The translations under genes and the position numbers were made by a program. The notes under the pieces are model-generated. The model was not told the origin of the DNA, searched no databases, and saw only the letters and a list, made by a program, of their open reading frames with translations. Shown in pieces: positions 43,887-53,372 of a stretch of DNA of 64,000 bases (positions within the stretch are counted from its first letter, which is position 1; every line of letters starts with the position of its first letter). Location of the stretch: positions 9,348-73,347 of the forward strand of contig DASYUC010000080.1 of the NCBI GenBank assembly GCA_036001645.1, in the 5' to 3' direction. This stretch comes from Candidatus Limnocylindria bacterium (GTDB taxonomy: Bacteria > Chloroflexota > Limnocylindria > P2-11E).

Positions 43887-45319
43887 CCCGCTCGATCGCC
43901 GCGAACATTCGCGGACTCACGTTCGCGATCGCCCTGGCCTTCCTCATCACGTCGTTCGGTGTGGGTTACTGGACGCTCGTGTCGGGCGAGGAGCTCAACG
44001 CCGATCCGTACAACCCGAGGCTTGTCGCCGCGATCCGCGACCGGCCGCGCGGCCTTATCAAGGACGCCTCCGGCGCCACGCTCGCGGAGAGCGTGCAGAC
44101 GCAGGACGGGTACAGGCGCGTGTACAAGGACAAGACGCTGGCGCACGTCACCGGCTACGCGTCGTTCCAGTTCGGCGCTTCGGGCATCGAGGCCGCGTAC
44201 GCGGATTCACTCATCGGCCAGGACCCCGGCGATCCGCTGTCGCAGTGGCGTGCGCGATATCTGCGCGAACGCGCGCCGCCCGGCTCCATCCTGCTCGGCA
44301 TCGACCCGAAGGTGCAGAAGGCGGCGGTCGACGCGCTCGCGGGTCGCCGCGGTGCGATCGTCGCGATCGATCCGCGCAACGGCGCGATCATCGCGTCGGT
44401 CAGCTTGCCGCAGTACGACCCGAGCCTCATCTCCGATCCCGCCACGGAGGAGGCCGCCTGGAAACAGGTCAACGAGGATCCCGACAAGCCGCTCATCAAC
44501 CGCGTGACGCAGGGCCTCTATCCGCCCGGTTCGACGTTCAAGATCATCACCGGGGCCGCCGCGCTCGAGAGCGGCGTCGATCCGAACGCGAAAGTGCGCG
44601 TCGACGATCCGTGGCAGGCCGACCGGTCGTGGGGCAGCTACTTCGTGCGCTCGTCGTCGCGGGCGCACGGCGACTACACCATGGCCGACGGGTACCGCCT
44701 CTCCGAGAACATCTACTTCGCGAAGATCGGGCTGCAGATCGGCGGGCAGAGGCTCGCCGAGTACGCGCAGCGTTTCGGCATCGGCAGCTCGACACGGTGC
44801 GACATCGCCGCCGCAAAGGGCCAGCTCTCGCGGACCGGTGCGCTCGATCGTCCCACGCTGATCGCCGACACGTCCTACGGGCAGGGCGAGCTCCTCGTGT
44901 CGCCGCTGCAGATGGCGCTCGTCGCGGCGACGGTCGGCATGGGCGGTGTCATGCCGACGCCGCACTATGCGACCGAGGTGCGTGATGCCGACGGGCACGC
45001 GATCCGCGTCATCGCCCCAGGCGCCATCGGCCAGGTGATCCGACCCGAGACCGCGAGGGCGCTCACGACGATGCTCGTGGGCGCGGTCGAGGGGCCCGGC
45101 GCGTTCGCGTTCGCCGCGAAGATCCCCGGCGTGAAGGTGGCCGGGAAGACGGGAAGCGCCGAGAACCCGTCCGGCGCACCGCATGGTTGGTTCGTCGGAT
45201 TCGCGCCGGCCGACGCGCCCACCGTGGCCGTCGCGATCCTCATCGAGAACTCACCCCGGGGCGGCGAGGACGCGGCACCGCTCGGCGGCCGCGTCATGCA
45301 GGCCGCCCTGGGTCGATAA
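43883..45319 (+). CDS. pbpA: Class B penicillin-binding protein (PbpA/PBP2 transpeptidase)
   Basis: GTGA overlap with rodA. It has an N-terminal TM. Motifs: STFK (PPGSTFKII), SEN (LSENIYF), KTGS (GKTGSAE). Confidence 0.9.
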   Translation: MTRSIAANIRGLTFAIALAFLITSFGVGYWTLVSGEELNADPYNPRLVAAIRDRPRGLIKDASGATLAESVQTQDGYRRVYKDKTLAHVTGYASFQFGASGIEAAYADSLIGQDPGDPLSQWRARYLRERAPPGSILLGIDPKVQKAAVDALAGRRGAIVAIDPRNGAIIASVSLPQYDPSLISDPATEEAAWKQVNEDPDKPLINRVTQGLYPPGSTFKIITGAAALESGVDPNAKVRVDDPWQADRSWGSYFVRSSSRAHGDYTMADGYRLSENIYFAKIGLQIGGQRLAEYAQRFGIGSSTRCDIAAAKGQLSRTGALDRPTLIADTSYGQGELLVSPLQMALVAATVGMGGVMPTPHYATEVRDADGHAIRVIAPGAIGQVIRPETARALTTMLVGAVEGPGAFAFAAKIPGVKVAGKTGSAENPSGAPHGWFVGFAPADAPTVAVAILIENSPRGGEDAAPLGGRVMQAALGR

Positions 45320-45489
45320 CAGGGAACTCCACCGGCCCTGCCGCTGTACGACCTGCAAGCAGTTTCGGGCCGGTATGAACCAACCGTGGCCTTCGAGCGT
45401 TCTTTGGTTACACGGCGGTTTCGCATTTAGCATGTTCAGACGGGCCCGCATGGCTCGTGCTCCGCGAGAAATCGGTCTGGGAGAGGGCA

Positions 45490-46452
45490 ATGGACAAGAG
45501 CGGGCTCGCGACGCGGATCGGCGCTGTCGCGGCGAACGTCGAGCGCGTCATCTTCGGCAAGCACCATGAGGTCGAGCTCGCGCTCGTCGCCCTCGTCTGC
45601 CGCGGGCACATCCTGGTGGAGGACGTCCCCGGCACCGGCAAGACGGTGCTCGCCAAGGCCATCGCCAAGTCGCTGGGCTGCTCGTTCAAGCGCATCCAGT
45701 TCACGCCGGACCTGCTTCCCTCGGACGTGACCGGCGTCTCCATCTTCAACCAGCGGACGAGCCAGTTCGAGTTCCGGCCCGGCCCGGTGATGACGCAGAT
45801 CGTCCTCGCCGACGAGATCAACCGCGCGACGCCGAAGACACAGTCGGCGCTGCTCGAGGCGATGGAGGAGCACCAGGTGACCGTCGACGGTGTCACCTAC
45901 CAGCTTCCCGATCCGTTCCTCGTCATGGCGACGCAGAACCCGATCGAGTACGAAGGCACGTTCCCGCTGCCCGAGGCGCAGCTCGACCGGTTCTTCATCC
46001 GCCTGCAGCTCGGCTACCCCAAAGAGCGCGAGGAGATCGCGATCCTCGACGCGCAGCGCCACATCCACCCGCTCGAGACGATCGAGCAGGTCATGGGCGC
46101 CGAGGAGCTGCTGAAGGCGATGAGCGCGGTGAAGGACATCCACATCGCGGAGCAGGTGAAGACCTACGTCGTGGGCGTCGTGAACGCCACGCGCTCGCAC
46201 CCCGACGTCTACCTGGGCGCGTCACCCCGCGGCTCGCTCGCGCTCGCCCGCGCGTCGCAGGCGTACGCGCTCGTCCAGGGACGTGACTTCGTCCTGCCCG
46301 ACGACGTGAAGGCCCTGGCCGGGCCGACGCTCTCGCACCGTCTGATCCTGCAGCCGCAGGCACGTCTGAAGGACCTTGCGGCAACGACGGTCATCGCGGA
46401 GGTGTTGGCGAGCGTTCCGGTCGAGCTTTCGCAGACCGCGGCGCGAGCCTAG
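45490..46452 (+). CDS. MoxR-family AAA+ ATPase
   Basis: In-frame ATG 45490. Walker A: [16 protein letters not shown]. Motifs: [53 protein letters not shown]. Confidence 0.9.
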   Translation: MDKSGLATRIGAVAANVERVIFGKHHEVELALVALVCRGHILVEDVPGTGKTVLAKAIAKSLGCSFKRIQFTPDLLPSDVTGVSIFNQRTSQFEFRPGPVMTQIVLADEINRATPKTQSALLEAMEEHQVTVDGVTYQLPDPFLVMATQNPIEYEGTFPLPEAQLDRFFIRLQLGYPKEREEIAILDAQRHIHPLETIEQVMGAEELLKAMSAVKDIHIAEQVKTYVVGVVNATRSHPDVYLGASPRGSLALARASQAYALVQGRDFVLPDDVKALAGPTLSHRLILQPQARLKDLAATTVIAEVLASVPVELSQTAARA

Positions 46453-46461
46453 GGTGTCGCG

Positions 46462-47673
46462 GTGAAGCCCTGGCACTTCGGGGTCCTGTGGGTCGCGCTC
46501 TTCATCGTCGCCGCGTCGACGGGGCTCGAGCTCCTCAGCTACCTGAGCTATCTGCTGCTGTTCGTCGCCGTGCTCGCCTGGGTGCAGGCGCGGATGACGC
46601 TCGACGGTCTCTCGATCAAGCGCACGCTCTCGCAGTCGTATGCGCACCTCGGCGACACGATCGAGCTGGTGTACGAGCTCCGCAACGACAGCTCGTTCGG
46701 CAAGCTCTGGCTCGAGATCTCCGAGGAGTCGAACTGGCCTGAGCCTCTTCCCGGCCGCGTCCTCTCGATCGGCGGCAAGGGCAAGACGCGCAAGTGGAAG
46801 GTCCTCGCGAAGGCGATACGCCGCGGGCGCTACAAGCTCGGCCCGATCGTGCTCCGCAGCGGCGACCCGTTCGGCCTCTTCCCGAAAGAGGCGCGTGTCG
46901 CGACCGAGGCGCTGCTCCTCGTGTATCCCCGCGTGTTGCCGCTTCCGCACTGGCAGCTTCCCGGCTCGGTCCTCGAAGGCGGCGTCCTGACCGGACAGCG
47001 CTCGCTCCAATCGACCTCGATGGTCATGGGCATACGCGAGTACCGCCCCGGAGATGCGATGAACCGCATCCACTGGCCGTCCTCGGTGCGCCACCGCGGA
47101 CTTCAGGTGAAAGAGTTCGAGCTGGACAAGACCGCGGACCTCTGGATCTACCTCGACCTCGAGCGCCACTGGCACCGCGGAGAGGGCGAGGACTCGACGG
47201 AGGAGCGTGCGGTCACCGTCGCGGCGTCGATCGTCGCGAAGGCGCTCCACGAGCATCGCAACGTCGGCATGATCACCAGCGGTGGGCGGGCCGAGGTGTT
47301 GCAGCCCGACCGCGGCACCAAGCAGTACGGGAAGCTCATGCAGTACCTGGCGGAGATCACCGCCGGCGGTTCGCGCTCGATCGCGGAGACGCTGGTCGAG
47401 ACGCTGCCGCGGCTGCGCCGTGGCTCGGCCTGCGTTCTCATCACGCCCTCGCTCGACCGCGGTTGGGTCCGGCCGGCAAGCACCCTCCGCGAAGCCGCGA
47501 TCGCGACGCAGGCTGTCATCGTCGGTCCGTCCGTCGCGACCGACGAGCGGGACCGCGCGCGCCGCCACGCGCTCCTCGGCGAGCTGGCGATCGCCGGCGT
47601 GGCCGCGGCGTACCTCGCCCCGGGCGCGTCCATCTCCGACCTCTTCCGTGAGGCGGCAGGCAATGCTGCGTAG
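46462..47673 (+). CDS. DUF58-family protein (vWA-like, MoxR partner)
   Basis: N-terminal TM pair. Motifs: GIREYRPGDAMNRIHWPSS, WIYLDLE. Its position directly after MoxR is typical of the family. Confidence 0.8.
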   Translation: MKPWHFGVLWVALFIVAASTGLELLSYLSYLLLFVAVLAWVQARMTLDGLSIKRTLSQSYAHLGDTIELVYELRNDSSFGKLWLEISEESNWPEPLPGRVLSIGGKGKTRKWKVLAKAIRRGRYKLGPIVLRSGDPFGLFPKEARVATEALLLVYPRVLPLPHWQLPGSVLEGGVLTGQRSLQSTSMVMGIREYRPGDAMNRIHWPSSVRHRGLQVKEFELDKTADLWIYLDLERHWHRGEGEDSTEERAVTVAASIVAKALHEHRNVGMITSGGRAEVLQPDRGTKQYGKLMQYLAEITAGGSRSIAETLVETLPRLRRGSACVLITPSLDRGWVRPASTLREAAIATQAVIVGPSVATDERDRARRHALLGELAIAGVAAAYLAPGASISDLFREAAGNAA

Positions 47674-49966
47674 CGCAGAGCCGAACGTCCTTGCCCTCCG
47701 GCTCGCGGCCGCGGGCCGCTGGGTGCGCAGGTCGCTGCGTTCGCTGTTCCCGCCCATCGCGTGGCGGCGGCTGCGCTTCCGCGGCGGTTGGTTCGCGCTG
47801 CCGATCTACCTGCTGATGATGAGCGTCTACCCGCTTTCGCTGCAGCAGGCCGACTGGGTCGTGACCCAGGAACAGTTCACCTGGATCGTCTTCTCCGCGA
47901 TCGTGCTGGCGGTCCTCGTCGGCAACGGCACGATGGCGACGCGCCGCGCGATGATCCTCGGCGGGTTCGTCGGCACGGTCGCGATCGTCCTCGCGACGGC
48001 CTTCGCATCGGACATCGGACCCTTCCGCGAGCGCGTCGTGCACCTCGCCGTGAATGTGAACAACTGGATCACCCAGGTGCTGGCCGGAGAGGCGGCGACG
48101 GACCCAACGGTGTTCGTGCTCTTCCTCGGCGCGACGGTGTGGACCTCGGCATACGTCGGCACCTTCGCGCTGTCACGCTCGCTGCGGCCGTGGGACGCGA
48201 TCCTGTTCATGGGCTTCTGCCTCGTCGTCAACGTCTCGATGGCGCTTACGAACCTTATCGCCGACCTTGTCGTCTTCTCGCTGTCGGCGCTGGTCCTGCT
48301 GGTGCGGCTGCACATCGTGGCCCTGCAGGAGCGCTGGAGCCGCAACAACATCATCCCGTCCGGGGAGATGGACTGGCGCCTGCTGCGTGGCGGCCTCACC
48401 TGGACGATGGTCCTCGTGATCATGTCGCTCGTGACGCCACGCGTCGGAGCCGCCGAGGTGCTGAACCGGGCGTACAGCGTGTTCGAGACGCCGTATCACT
48501 CGGTGGAGGCCGAGTGGCAGCGGTTCTTCGCCGGCGTGTCGGGCCCGAGCCGGCTGCGCGGCGTCTCCTTCACCGACGCGATCCGACTCGGCCAGTCGCC
48601 GAACCTCGCGGACCGCGTCGTGATGACCGTCGACGCCCAGCAGGGCCGTTTCTGGCGCGCCATCGCCTACGACTTCTACACCGGGAACGGGTGGCGCACG
48701 ACGGAGACCGACAAGGTCGACCGGGTCGCTCCCGCCGTGCTCGGACGTGAGAAATTCGACGCGACCTTTGAGATGCTCGTGCCGCAGCAGAACCTGCTCT
48801 TCGGTGCGAACGAGCCGGTGAAGGTCACGGTCCCGATCCAGTTCCAGACCGGGGCCGACCGCACGTACTCCACATCCCTCCGCGCGATCCGCGGTGGGCA
48901 GTCCGCCCTCAACTACACGGTCACCTCGTACGTCTCCGTCGCGGATAAGGCCGCGCTGCGCCGCGCCTCGAACGTCTACCCCGACTACATCCGACAGAAG
49001 TACCTTCAGCTCCCCTCGACCCTGCCCCAGCGCGTGCGCGACCTCGCGCACCAGGTCGCCGGCGAGCAGAGCGATCCATATGACAAGGCGGAGGTCGTCG
49101 AGTCGTTCCTGCGCACGACCTACCGCTACGCACCGACCGTCCGCGCACCTCCGCCGGGGCGCGACCCGGTGGACTTCTTCCTCTACGACCTGAAGGAGGA
49201 CTTCTGCGAGTACTTCGCGTCGGCGATGGTCGTGATGCTGCGCGAGCTCGGCGTGCCCGCGCGCGTGGTCGAGGGATACACCGCTGGAACGCTCGACCCA
49301 GCGAGCGGCAAGTTCGTGGTGAAGGAGCTCGACGCGCACGCGTGGGTCGAGGTCTACTTCCCGCTGTACGGCTGGATCGAGTTCGAGCCAACGCCGTCGC
49401 AGGCGCCGATCTTCCGCGTCGACAGCGAAGCGATCGGCGGCGGGTCGGCCGGCGGCGGCGAGGACAACCCCGACGGCACGAGCGCGATCGACCGCGAAGA
49501 CAAGGACCTCCTCGCCGACAACGCGCCGGACGAGGGTCAGAACTTCGGCGACTCGGTCGCCTCCGCCGTGCAGAACTTCGACCCGCGTCCGATCGCCGTG
49601 CTCATCGGCGCGCTCCTGCTGCTCCTGCTGCTCGCCTTCGCGCGATTCCAGTTCCGCTTTCGCGGACAACCCTCGGTGGACTCCGCCTGGGGGAAGGCAC
49701 GTCTTCTGGCGTCGTACGCGGGCTTCGCCGCCGATCCGTCGCAAACGACCTACGAGTACGCGACGATGCTCGGCGAAGCCGTGCCCGACGCGAAGTCGCC
49801 GATACAGGACATCGCCGAGGCGCGCGTGCACGATCGGTACACGCCGTCCGGAGCGAGCGACGAAGACGTCGAGCGCGCCGTCTCCGGCTGGCGCAAGCTC
49901 GCGCGCACGCTCGTCGGGATGCTTCCGGCCCGCGTCGTGTCAGGTATCGCGCGCATCTGGCGGTAG
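47663..49966 (+). CDS. Membrane transglutaminase-domain protein (TgpA-like)
   Basis: In-frame ATG 47663 overlaps the DUF58 stop. Multi-TM N-terminal region. Transglutaminase core: CEYFASAMVVMLRELGVPARVV...HAWVEVYF...GWIEFEPT. A C-terminal TM follows. Confidence 0.85.
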   Translation: MLRSAEPNVLALRLAAAGRWVRRSLRSLFPPIAWRRLRFRGGWFALPIYLLMMSVYPLSLQQADWVVTQEQFTWIVFSAIVLAVLVGNGTMATRRAMILGGFVGTVAIVLATAFASDIGPFRERVVHLAVNVNNWITQVLAGEAATDPTVFVLFLGATVWTSAYVGTFALSRSLRPWDAILFMGFCLVVNVSMALTNLIADLVVFSLSALVLLVRLHIVALQERWSRNNIIPSGEMDWRLLRGGLTWTMVLVIMSLVTPRVGAAEVLNRAYSVFETPYHSVEAEWQRFFAGVSGPSRLRGVSFTDAIRLGQSPNLADRVVMTVDAQQGRFWRAIAYDFYTGNGWRTTETDKVDRVAPAVLGREKFDATFEMLVPQQNLLFGANEPVKVTVPIQFQTGADRTYSTSLRAIRGGQSALNYTVTSYVSVADKAALRRASNVYPDYIRQKYLQLPSTLPQRVRDLAHQVAGEQSDPYDKAEVVESFLRTTYRYAPTVRAPPPGRDPVDFFLYDLKEDFCEYFASAMVVMLRELGVPARVVEGYTAGTLDPASGKFVVKELDAHAWVEVYFPLYGWIEFEPTPSQAPIFRVDSEAIGGGSAGGGEDNPDGTSAIDREDKDLLADNAPDEGQNFGDSVASAVQNFDPRPIAVLIGALLLLLLLAFARFQFRFRGQPSVDSAWGKARLLASYAGFAADPSQTTYEYATMLGEAVPDAKSPIQDIAEARVHDRYTPSGASDEDVERAVSGWRKLARTLVGMLPARVVSGIARIWR

Positions 49967-50131
49967 GTCCGGCTACGCCGCGCCTTGGCGGCGGGCATCT
50001 CCCTCGCTCAAACGGGCCCGCTCGGCCCACCCTCTAAGTCGTCCCCTCGTACCGCGGGCTCGACTTCGCTCGGGAGACGCCCGCCGCCGTCGCGGCGTAC
50101 CCCGCTCGAGGTGTAGCGCGACACTAGCGAC

Positions 50132-50611
50132 GTGACGATCGCGGAGCATCCCAACGTCGCGCGCGTGCGCGCTTTCGCCGCGGAGCGCGGCGTGTCGATC
50201 GAGATCCGCCGCTTCTCGGCCAGCACTCGCACCGCTCAGGATGCGGCACGCGAGATAGGGGTCGAGGTCGGTCGCATCGTCAAATCGCTCGTCTTTCTCG
50301 CCGACGGTCGGCCGATCGTCGTCCTCTGCTGCGGCGACCGCCGCGTGAGTGAGGAGCGGCTGCGCGAGCTGGTCGGCGCGAGCGCCGTCCGCCGCACCAC
50401 CGCCGACGAGGCGAAGCGGTTCACCGGCTACGCGATCGGCGGCGTGCCGCCATTCGCGCACGAAACGGAGTGCGAGACCGTCATCGACGAGGACATGTCG
50501 CGCTTCGAGATCGTCTGGGCCGCGGCCGGGTTGCCGGACGCCGTCTTCGAGATCGCCGTCGCCGATCTCCGTCGGCTGGCGGCCGCGAAGACCGGGCGCA
50601 TCGCCGAATGA
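50132..50611 (+). CDS. YbaK/EbsC-type aminoacyl-tRNA deacylase domain protein
   Basis: GTG start. Motifs: KSLVFLADGRPIVV, FTGYAIGGVPPFAH. Confidence 0.8.
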   Translation: MTIAEHPNVARVRAFAAERGVSIEIRRFSASTRTAQDAAREIGVEVGRIVKSLVFLADGRPIVVLCCGDRRVSEERLRELVGASAVRRTTADEAKRFTGYAIGGVPPFAHETECETVIDEDMSRFEIVWAAAGLPDAVFEIAVADLRRLAAAKTGRIAE

Positions 50612-51549
50612 AGGTCTTCGTGACCGGCGCGACCGGATTCGTTACCGGGACGGTCACGATGCAGCTGCTCGCGCGCGGCGACGAGGTGCGTGCGCTGGTC
50701 CGCGACGCGTCGCGCGCGCAGACGCTCGCGCGTGCCGGCGTCGCGCTCGTCGCGGGCGATCTCTCCGACAACGCCGCGCTGCGGCGCGGGATGGAGGGCA
50801 TCGATGCGGTGGTCCACGGTGCCGCGATGTATTCGGTCGGCATCCCGCCGTCGCGGCGGCCCGCGATGTTCGAAGCGAACGTGACCGGCACGGAGCGCGT
50901 CCTGGACGCCGCGCGCGCCGCGGGCGTGCGCCGCGTCGCCTACGTCTCGACGTGCGGGATCTTCGGGAACACGCGCGGCCAGATCGTCGACGAGACGTAC
51001 ACACGGACGGGCCCATTCACGTCGTACTACGAGGAGACGAAGGTGCGCGCGCACGAGATCGCACTTCGAGCAACGGAGCGCGATCTTGACGTATCCATCG
51101 CACAGCCGGGCGCCGTCTACGGGCAGGGCGACACGTCCGGTCTGGGTGGACTCATGCGCGACTTCGTCCGCGGCCGGCTGCCTCTGCTGCCTTTCGGCGA
51201 CGCGGGCCTCAACTTCGTGCATGTCGACGATGTGGCGCGCGGCATCGTGCTCGTGCTCGATCGGGGCCAGCCCGGGCGCGCTTACGTGCTCGGCGGAGAG
51301 AACGCGCGCGTCGCGGACGCGTTCGCTGCGCTCGCACGCATCACTGGTCGCGCGATGCCTCGCCTGCGCTTGCCGTACGGGCTGCTGGAGCTCGGCGCGC
51401 TCGTGCGCCCGGGTCTGCGCGAAGTGGTCACGTCGACGAAGGGCGTGACGTTCTGGGCCACGGACGCTCGCGCGAAGAGCGAGCTCCACTACTCGTCGCG
51501 CGACCTGGAGGCGGGTCTGCGCGACACGTACGGCAGCGCGGCCGCATAA
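50608..51549 (+). CDS. NAD-dependent epimerase/dehydratase family (extended SDR)
   Basis: ATG 50608 overlaps the previous stop (ATGA). Motifs: MKVFVTGATGFVTG and YEETKVRAH (YxxxK). Confidence 0.85.
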   Translation: MKVFVTGATGFVTGTVTMQLLARGDEVRALVRDASRAQTLARAGVALVAGDLSDNAALRRGMEGIDAVVHGAAMYSVGIPPSRRPAMFEANVTGTERVLDAARAAGVRRVAYVSTCGIFGNTRGQIVDETYTRTGPFTSYYEETKVRAHEIALRATERDLDVSIAQPGAVYGQGDTSGLGGLMRDFVRGRLPLLPFGDAGLNFVHVDDVARGIVLVLDRGQPGRAYVLGGENARVADAFAALARITGRAMPRLRLPYGLLELGALVRPGLREVVTSTKGVTFWATDARAKSELHYSSRDLEAGLRDTYGSAAA

Positions 51550-51615
51550 CGACTGCCCGGCTCGCGCTCTCGCGCTGAAATGCGGCCGTGCGTAGGGCGG
51601 TAATAGCGCAGAGAG

Positions 51616-52230
51616 ATGAGCGAGCAGACGGCGACATTCACCCAGACCGCGCCGAGGCACGAGAGCGGACTGGTGTTCCCCGCGCTGCTGATCGCGCTCG
51701 GCGGTCTTTTCCTGCTCAGTAACTTCGGCGTGATCGCGCCGGTCTCGGTGCGGAGCGTGCTGTCACTCTGGCCGCTCGCCCCGGTCCTCATCGGTACCCA
51801 GCTGCTTCTCGGTCGCGATCGACCATCGCTCGCCCTCGGCCTGCAGCTCATCACGATCGTGCTCGGCCTTGCGCTCATCACGCTCCGCGCGTCTCTCGCG
51901 CCGCTCGACATTCCCAGTGACGCGTCTCTCACACAGGGCGCATCGGCTGCGATCGCGGGAGCGCCTGCCGTCGTTGTGAGCGCGACGGACATCCACTTCT
52001 CGCTCAGCGAGATCCACCTTCCGGCGCGCGAGGTGAACCTCACGCTGCAGAACGATGGCGTCCTGCCCCACGACCTCACCGTCCCGGCGCTCGGCGTGCA
52101 TATGGCGGCGGGGGCCGGGCAGACGGTCACGACCGGTCTGCGCGATCTGGTGCCGGGCCGTTACACGGGCTACTGCAGCGTCACGGGACATGCTGAAGCG
52201 GGCATGCGTCTGGTCGTGATCGTCGAGTAG
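51616..52230 (+). CDS. Membrane protein with C-terminal cupredoxin (type-1 copper) domain
   Basis: N-terminal TM region: LVFPALLIALGGLFLLSNFG (LiaF/DUF5668-like). The C-terminal domain carries candidate Cu ligands: H in LPHDLTV, then C-x4-H-x4-M in YCSVTGHAEAGM. Confidence 0.65.
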   Translation: MSEQTATFTQTAPRHESGLVFPALLIALGGLFLLSNFGVIAPVSVRSVLSLWPLAPVLIGTQLLLGRDRPSLALGLQLITIVLGLALITLRASLAPLDIPSDASLTQGASAAIAGAPAVVVSATDIHFSLSEIHLPAREVNLTLQNDGVLPHDLTVPALGVHMAAGAGQTVTTGLRDLVPGRYTGYCSVTGHAEAGMRLVVIVE

Positions 52231-52270
52231 CGTTTGAGCGCAACCATGCGCCCCTGATACGTCATATCGA

Positions 52271-53079
52271 TTGATGCGGCTCCTCGCACCACTGCGCCTT
52301 GCCGGAGCCTTCCTCGTTGCCGCCGTGGTGTTCGTCGGGCGCTGGTCGCCGGTCAGCAGCTCACCCAACACCGCGCCGCGCAGGACACAGACTTCCAAGC
52401 GTTCGCACCTCCGCCCATCGGCACGGCGGGCGCCGCGATGGCGGTCCCGGTGCGCTGCGACGGAGCTCCCCTCAATACCAGCGGCGATCGCTTCGCTGAT
52501 CCGGCGTGGTCGCCGGATTCCACGATCCTCGCCGCGACCAGGCTCCCTACGAACGGAGTCGCGTCTGGGTCGTGAGCACCGGACCGGTCACGATGCTCGT
52601 GATCACCGCCTTTCCGGCGGATAGCGCGAAGCTCGCGGACGCGGAGCGCGTGCTCGCTTCCTTGCGCCTCAGCGCTGTGGCGGCGCCGACGCCGGCCACG
52701 ATCACGAGGGCCGATGCGATCCGCATCGCGATGGAAAACACGACGGCGCTCGCTGACCGCCAAGCCGCTGCAGGTGCGCGTCGATCGCGTGGAGGCCAAG
52801 CTGGTCCGCTCGGTGGAGGCAGCGCAGATCACCGGCCCGTTCCAGGGGACGTTCCCGGCCCCGCTGGCGGCCGCGCCCGACGATCCGGTGTGGATCGTTG
52901 CGATCGCGGGTGACCTCGGGATGACGAGCCCGAATCGCTGCGGTCTGATGGCATGCCAGCCGCAAGCGATCCGCTCGAGCGCCTGGGTCATCGACGCGCG
53001 CACCGGTCAGATTCGCGGTAACCCGTCAGGGCCGACCGACTGGCCGGCGTTCTTCGACGCGTTGCCCGACCGCAGCTGA
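52271..53079 (+). pseudogene. Probable frameshifted gene for a secreted protein (signal peptide, PD40-like WSPD segment, C-terminal domain)
   Basis: Protein-like, high-GC3 translation hops between frames. Frame of 52271: MRLLAPLRLAGAFLVAAVVFVG. Frame +1, about 52372-52572: CDGAPLNTSGDRFADPAWSPDSTILAATRLPTNG, ending in a stop. Frame of 52506: RVWVVSTGPVTMLVITAFPADSAKLADAERVLASLRL...ITRADAIRIAMENTTALADR. Frame of 52714: PLQVRVDRVEAKLV...WVIDARTGQIRGNPSGPTDWPAFFDALPDRS. Confidence 0.4.
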
Positions 53080-53099
53080 GACAGCCCGTGCCATGACGA

Positions 53100-53372
53100 A
53101 TGCGTCATGTGAAGCGGGCCTCCCCTGACTACTGTCGCCGTGTGCCAGATCTGCGTCTTGTCGTCGGACTCGCCGTGGGCGCCGCCGTCGCGGGCGTCGG
53201 CGCGATCGCGTCATTCGACCCGCGCGTGCAGAAAGCGGTTCGCAGGGCCACGGACCTGACGATGCGTCGCACCCGAAGCCTCGCGCCCACCGCGCGCAAG
53301 CGGGCGTCGAGCGCAGCGAAGTCCTCGGGCCGCAACGGTTCACGGTCGCGCACGGCGACGAAGGCGGTCTAG
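53100..53372 (+). CDS. Small hypothetical membrane protein with basic tail
   Basis: High GC3. One TM segment (LRLVVGLAVGAAVAGVGAIA) followed by an Arg/Lys/Ser-rich tail. The start is ATG 53100 or GTG 53142. The stop overlaps the convergent gene by 4 nt. Confidence 0.4.
   Translation: MRHVKRASPDYCRRVPDLRLVVGLAVGAAVAGVGAIASFDPRVQKAVRRATDLTMRRTRSLAPTARKRASSAAKSSGRNGSRSRTATKAV

Noticed and set aside
45320-45489. A lower-GC 170-nt intergenic region before MoxR, examined for promoter or sRNA signals (TGGTTA-17-TAGCAT).
   Set aside because: The -35 match is poor (3 of 6) and there is no terminator-like structure. The evidence is insufficient for a feature call.
52353-53003. 216-aa minus-strand ORF across the frameshifted region.
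   Set aside because: The translation is Arg-rich and featureless. The plus strand shows the protein-like segments and the GC3 bias, even though they are split over several frames.
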